From NCBI RefSeq assembly GCF_947568905.1, contig NC_079164.1:109244001-109308000 (forward strand): a stretch of 64,000 bases of DNA, in the 5' to 3' direction. Within the stretch, counting starts at the first letter, position 1. Each line of letters begins with the position of its first letter. Under the pieces are notes generated by a model. The model ran no database searches. It worked only from the letters and a program-made list of their open reading frames with translations, and had not been told where the DNA came from. This document shows, in pieces, positions 58,916 through 64,000 of this stretch. Origin of the DNA: Ostrea edulis (Eukaryota). The position numbers were made by a program, and so were the translations under genes.

Positions 58916-61545
58916 TATTGTGGTACAAGATTGAAGTGAATTTTATACATTGTCATTAATTTTGCGATTTCCCGTATTTTGCATAGTGGTTTCCAACCTG
59001 TTTCTAAATATAATGATTCCTTGGATACAAGAATTGACTGTTCCGTTACAACTGTAGCTGAATGGAGCTGCGCCTTTTCTAACTTCTCGATTTCCGCAGA
59101 AGAACGTCCATCCCATACGACAGAAACATAAAAGTCACATACAATTTGGGTTATTTGTTTCTACATAAAGTGAATTTGAGTTTCCTTACAAGTCCTAGAT
59201 TTTTACATGTACCATCTATCCTTCTGTGTTTAGTAAACCAGGAGTGATAAAAGAATTAGATAAGTTGCATGAGTAATATGTTTTGGTTCCAGCTGACAAA
59301 GCTAGTAACAAAATTGTCTTTGTTTGTGAGGCTCATTATTACAACTGTGTTTTCAACGAACTTGGCATTAATTCCACTTATGGTAATCGTACTTATACTC
59401 CAACTGCCCTTTCAAAAGATGAAATTCTTCAAAACCATGCTTCAGTTTTAGACACATTTAATATACCAGTCAATGGGTCGAATGAATTCGAGTTACCGTA
59501 CCTATACTGGATTCCTAAACTACATAAAAACCCTTACAAACAAAGATACATTGCTGGATCCAGTAAGTGTTCTACCAAGCTCCTATCTTTGCTCATCACG
59601 AACATATTAACAGCTGTGAAGGAGAAACTTCAAACTTACTGTGCGACTACATATGCCAGAAGTGGTGTTAATCAAATGTGGATTCTAAAAAATTTCTAAA
59701 GAACTTTTAGTAAACTTGAAATCGCAGAATTTTCCCCAAATCAATAACATTAAAACCTATGACTTTTCAATACTATACGCAACCATTCCTCACGATAAAT
59801 TAAAGACTAGACTTTTTGATATCATGGACAGTTGCTTCTTCAACAAAAATGGAAAACGGAAATATTCATATCTAGTGATCAGTCATTCAAAGACTTACTT
59901 TGTTAAATACCACTCTGATTCCACGCACAAGTACTCTGAAGTTGAAATAAAAAATATGCTGGAGTTCCTCATTGACAATATCTTCGTGGTATTTGGTGAT
60001 CAGGTCTTCCAACAGTCTGTTGAAATTCCCATGCGCACGAATTGTGCTCCTTTGTTAGCTGACCTGTTTATATATTCCTATGAAGCAGAATTTATTCAAA
60101 AACTTCTACGTGAGAAGAAAAAAATCTCTCGCTGTGGTCTTCAATTCGACATTTCGATATAATATCGATGACGTTTTGTTTATTAACAATAATAACTTTC
60201 ATTCATATGTCGATTTGATATATCCCTGTGAGCTCGAAATAAAGGACACCACAGATTCGTCCACTTCTGCTTCATACTTAGATATTTTATTGAAAGTAGA
60301 CATTAACGGCAAACTGACAACTCAACTGTATGACAAACGGGATGATTTCAGCTTCTCCATCGTCAACTTCCCATATTTATGTAGCAATATTTCATTATCA
60401 CCTGTATATGGTGTTTATATATCTCAACTGATTCGATATGCAAGAGCTTGTTCTGCGTATAGTCAGTTTTTAAATCGAGGTAAGCTACTGACAAACAAGT
60501 TGATAGTACAGGGGTTTCAACAGACTCGATTGAAGTCAGCATTTCGCAAATTCTATGGTCGTTATAACGATCTAGTTCGTCAATACAACCTATCATTGGG
60601 TCAAATGCTGTCTGACGTTTTTCATACCGATTATTAGGCCGTTCTTGGCACACTGATTTTGACTGTGGAAACTCCGTTTACCTGATCAGGATATAGGGCT
60701 CACGGCGGGTGTGACCGGTCAACAGGGGATGCTTACTCCTCCTAGACATCTGATCTCACCTCTGGTGTGTCCAGGGGTCCGTGTTTGCCCAACTATCTAT
60801 TTGTATTGCTTATAGGAGTTATGAGATTGATCACTGTTCGTTATCTTTACCTTGCATGCATTGCTTACAATATCATTGATATAAACAGACCAATTTAAAT
60901 AATTAGAAAAGGTGAGACCAAGATGTTTGTGAGAAAAATTATTTCTAATTGACAATTTTGAAAAGCAGTCTTGGAATTTCATTATGCTTTGCCTTGGTGA
61001 AAAATAAAACCTAAAAATATTTAGTTCTAATAGGATTAAATTTCAAAAGCCAGTTATTTGACCATTCTTCAAGAATTCTGAGATTGTGATTCATAAGATT
61101 TTCTATATAACTTGTATTCTTATCTGCATATTGAATTGAATTATCATCTGCGTACAATCTACAAAATGATAACATATTCTGTGCCACGTCATTAACATAT
61201 AGATTAAAAACAAAAGTGGTCCCAATAACGATCCTTGTGGTACTCCAGCATTGATAGTTAAACTGGGTTATGATAGATCCTTATACGTCACTCTATTATC
61301 TTTCATAAGAAGTCCCATAATGTCAAACCTTGTCAAAAGCTTAAATAGAAAGATCGCAAAAAACCATACAACACGATTTATGCCTTCATCAATATTCTTC
61401 ACCATACTGTGATGTTTCAATAAGTTAATAAACTTTACGCAGAGTGACTGAGATGTCTTCAAATTATTTGAGTTTATGTAATGATTTGTCGCTCCGTACA
61501 TTTCAGATCAGCTCAGTGTATTTGGTATTAAAACTTAACACATCT
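58916..61545 (-). mobile_element. Decayed CR1-type LINE RT, split by the Penelope-like insertion
   Basis: 61545-60855: NAGVPQGSLLG and HLGLTFSNYLNWSVYINDIVSNACK; continues at 59209-58916: NLGLVRKLKF..VWDG...LYLETGW...MYKIHFNLVPQY. Confidence 0.75.
59210..60854 (+). mobile_element. Penelope-like retroelement, 5'-truncated, frameshifted RT plus 3' UTR
   Basis: VPADKASN, YWIPKLHK, RYIAGS, YDFS.LY..IPH, IPM.TNCAPLLADL, RY.IDD, YLDILL, LYDKRDDF, SQLIRYARAC; no GIY-YIG after the RT; CATG duplicated at both junctions. Confidence 0.92.
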
Positions 61546-61554
61546 TGTCTTACC

Positions 61555-62282
61555 CACAGGCACCTAAAGTATAAATATTACTACCCCCCCCCCTTAAAAA
61601 ATTTTTTTGTTGGTGGAAATAATTTCTCTGAAATGTGTGAATTCCAGGTCTATCTCATCCCTCTTTCGATTCATGTAATCGTTTCACGCTTTTTGGAAGC
61701 TTTAGGGATTGACCTTCTACCGCGACCGGTATAATAAAATACACAAGGTATGAAACAAAGATTTGTAAACAAACAGGGGGTCTCAATTTCGGGGCACATT
61801 TTCCAAGTAATTGCAGCATTACCTATGGAATTTGGCGAGCGGCGGGTCAGGGAGATGTCATACTACAAGTCTCTTCAACCCAAAACCCATCTCATCTCTT
61901 TTATTTGACACAATCTTGCGTGCATTGATCGGACAGGGTCTCATCTCTAGATCTCTTCCACTGGCAGCCAAAAAGGAGGTCACAGAGTACGAATTTATAA
62001 CGTGTGATGCATGTCTGCGAATATTCTCGAGACCATTCGGATGATCCCGAGACTTAGCAATGTCTTTGCGAACCAATCACACGGCGCATACAACAAACGA
62101 AACCGGGACCCCCTGTTTGTTTACAAATTTTTGTTTCATACCTTGTGTATTTTATAGACCGGAAATTCACACATTTCAGAGAAATTATTGCCACCAAATT
62201 TTTTTTTATAAATAAATAAATAAAAAAATAAAAAAGAATAGGGGGGGGGGGGTAGTGATATTCATACTTCAGTTGCCTGTGG
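61555..62282. mobile_element. Nested inverted-repeat elements: outer TIR ccacaggca.ct.aagtat, inner TIR ~55 bp
   Basis: Outer arms 61555-61650 / 62160-62282; inner arms 61731-61790 / 62100-62157; the outer left arm recurs at 56433-56605. Confidence 0.7.
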
Positions 62283-64000
62283 TCTTACCCCGGATGTTTT
62301 AGTAGTTATATTTCATTAATATTTGTTTATCACATTTCTGCAATTATAACCCCCTCCCCCACCCCCACCCCCAGTTAGAATGAAACCACTTTTTTAAAAT
62401 TCCTATTCCCTACCCAATATAAATGCGGCTTTGGATATTGTTTGATATCCTAACAATAAGATTGATTAAGCATTCCACTTGTTATATGAATGCTCGTCCT
62501 TCTTTCTGTGGGACATCACTTTGATGGTTGATCCGATACGAAAGAGTGTAAAAATAAAACCGGAACAAGGTGACAGTTTGAACCCGTTTATGAATAGCTA
62601 GGCAAATGTTTTGAAGAGTACGTTTTGTACGGAAGTTTGATTATAATTTTATTCAAAATATTATAAGTAATAATAAGTAAATAAATAATAAAAAGACTAA
62701 GGATTTACATGTCTTGTTGAATATCCAGCTGTCCTCTTTCACCCATTCTCAATGATGTCGCTCCATTATTACTTGAGAGAATTAACCTCCGAGCTATATT
62801 TTCATCAACAATATGAATATCTTTATATGATTAAAAAAGAAAATACAATAGAATTGGTTTGGAAGGACATTTAACTGGTTTCAAATTAGAAAATAGTAGC
62901 GTATTTGAAATGTACGTTACTGTCTCCGAGTAATACTTTACGTCTGATCATGTCTACGAAATCCCCGTTTATGAATTTTAGGTTAAAATGTCCTGATAAA
63001 ACAAACCAAAATATCGTATAGATGGCATTGCTCATTGTTTCTATCCGTCCTTGTGATAATAAATGATTTATCTAGTATAATGTACCTGTCGCATATTCTA
63101 TTTTCGCCCAATTTTTTAATAATCGCAAAGATTAGAGACCCGACTTGTCGTTTTCTGTAGGTACATTGATATGCTAATTGTATCTTACCTAAACGTTGAT
63201 ATACTTTCTGTCTCATTAAGTTTAGCAATTTGTTTTCAAATTCTTGACTGAAAATTGATATTTCATAACGTAGAGATAAGAAAGAAATGTACGTTACCCT
63301 AGTTTTTTCCGTATTCAATATGCCGAGTGAAAAATGTCAAACACCCCCGAGTTATTGACTATGTGCATCTTGGACAAAAATAATTTAAAGTTGCTTTATC
63401 ACTTTAAATACTTTCTTTTAAGTAAAAAATTCCTGGTAAAAAATGTACGTTACCGAAATGTACGTTACTATAAAATTCGGAACTATGATATTACGTTCTT
63501 GTGTAACGTATTTACATTAACTTCTGGGATCGTACCTGGTCAATTCCAGGGTTTGGGGTATTCAACAATAACTAATTTAAACTAATTGGTATGATTTTAG
63601 TGGACTGCCAAAATATACAAATATGTCCTAACCTTATCTAGGTAAATTATCATCAAACAGAGAATCACTATATCAATCAGAGGCAAGCAACGATAACGGG
63701 TAGTGCTAACTTAACAAAATGTAGAGCCCAGTCGCCCTCGGATTACCCCATATACTGTAGGACGCCTTATTCAGGACGGACAGTATATGTGGTAGCCCTT
63801 CAACCACTACACTCACTGTAGGATGCCTTATTCAGGACGGACAATGAGTATAGCGGCCTGGACGACGGTCTGTTCAGCCAATGCGGACGACACCAAAGAA
63901 AACAAACTATGGCTAGCCTCTTTACTGGAGGTCAACCTCTTCGTGGCAGGTCATACTTCTGATGGCCTTCCAAATTCACTCTCTAACTGTAAGAACAGGC

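Noticed and set aside
63753-63845. 29-bp direct repeat actgtagga(c/t)gccttattcaggacggaca and GC-richer sequence at the window end
   Set aside because: Probably the end of a mobile element continuing beyond the window; there is no interpretable ORF or terminus to support a call.

Overview
AT-rich animal genomic DNA. The repeat families and gene structure suggest a bivalve mollusc, probably an oyster (inference). Two convergent, intron-containing genes can be assembled exon by exon by hand with consistent splice phases. (1) A Ca2+/calmodulin-dependent protein kinase kinase (CaMKK) on +, 16 coding exons, 6458..39908, 1764 nt = 587 aa. (2) GPATCH3 on -, 5 coding exons, 54450..45644, 1584 nt = 527 aa. 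Introns and intergenic DNA are full of non-autonomous DNA transposons (an Academ-like TAG..CTA element, Kolobok-type TTAA MITEs, TA-MITEs, Helentron/HINE-like elements), SINEs, a nested CR1/L2/Penelope-like retroelement cluster (57.8-61.5 kb), long hairpins and many minisatellites. There is a 144-N assembly gap at 55700..55843. The most unusual observation is that three independent minisatellites are amplified copies of real exon-intron junctions. One of them (38432..39270) turns the CaMKK C-terminal 14-3-3/PKA-type motif into 11 units, each a 48-nt frame-preserving AG...GT-flanked cassette encoding SGRSNSAPDTFHRVVR. No transcript data are available, so all splicing claims are predictions.
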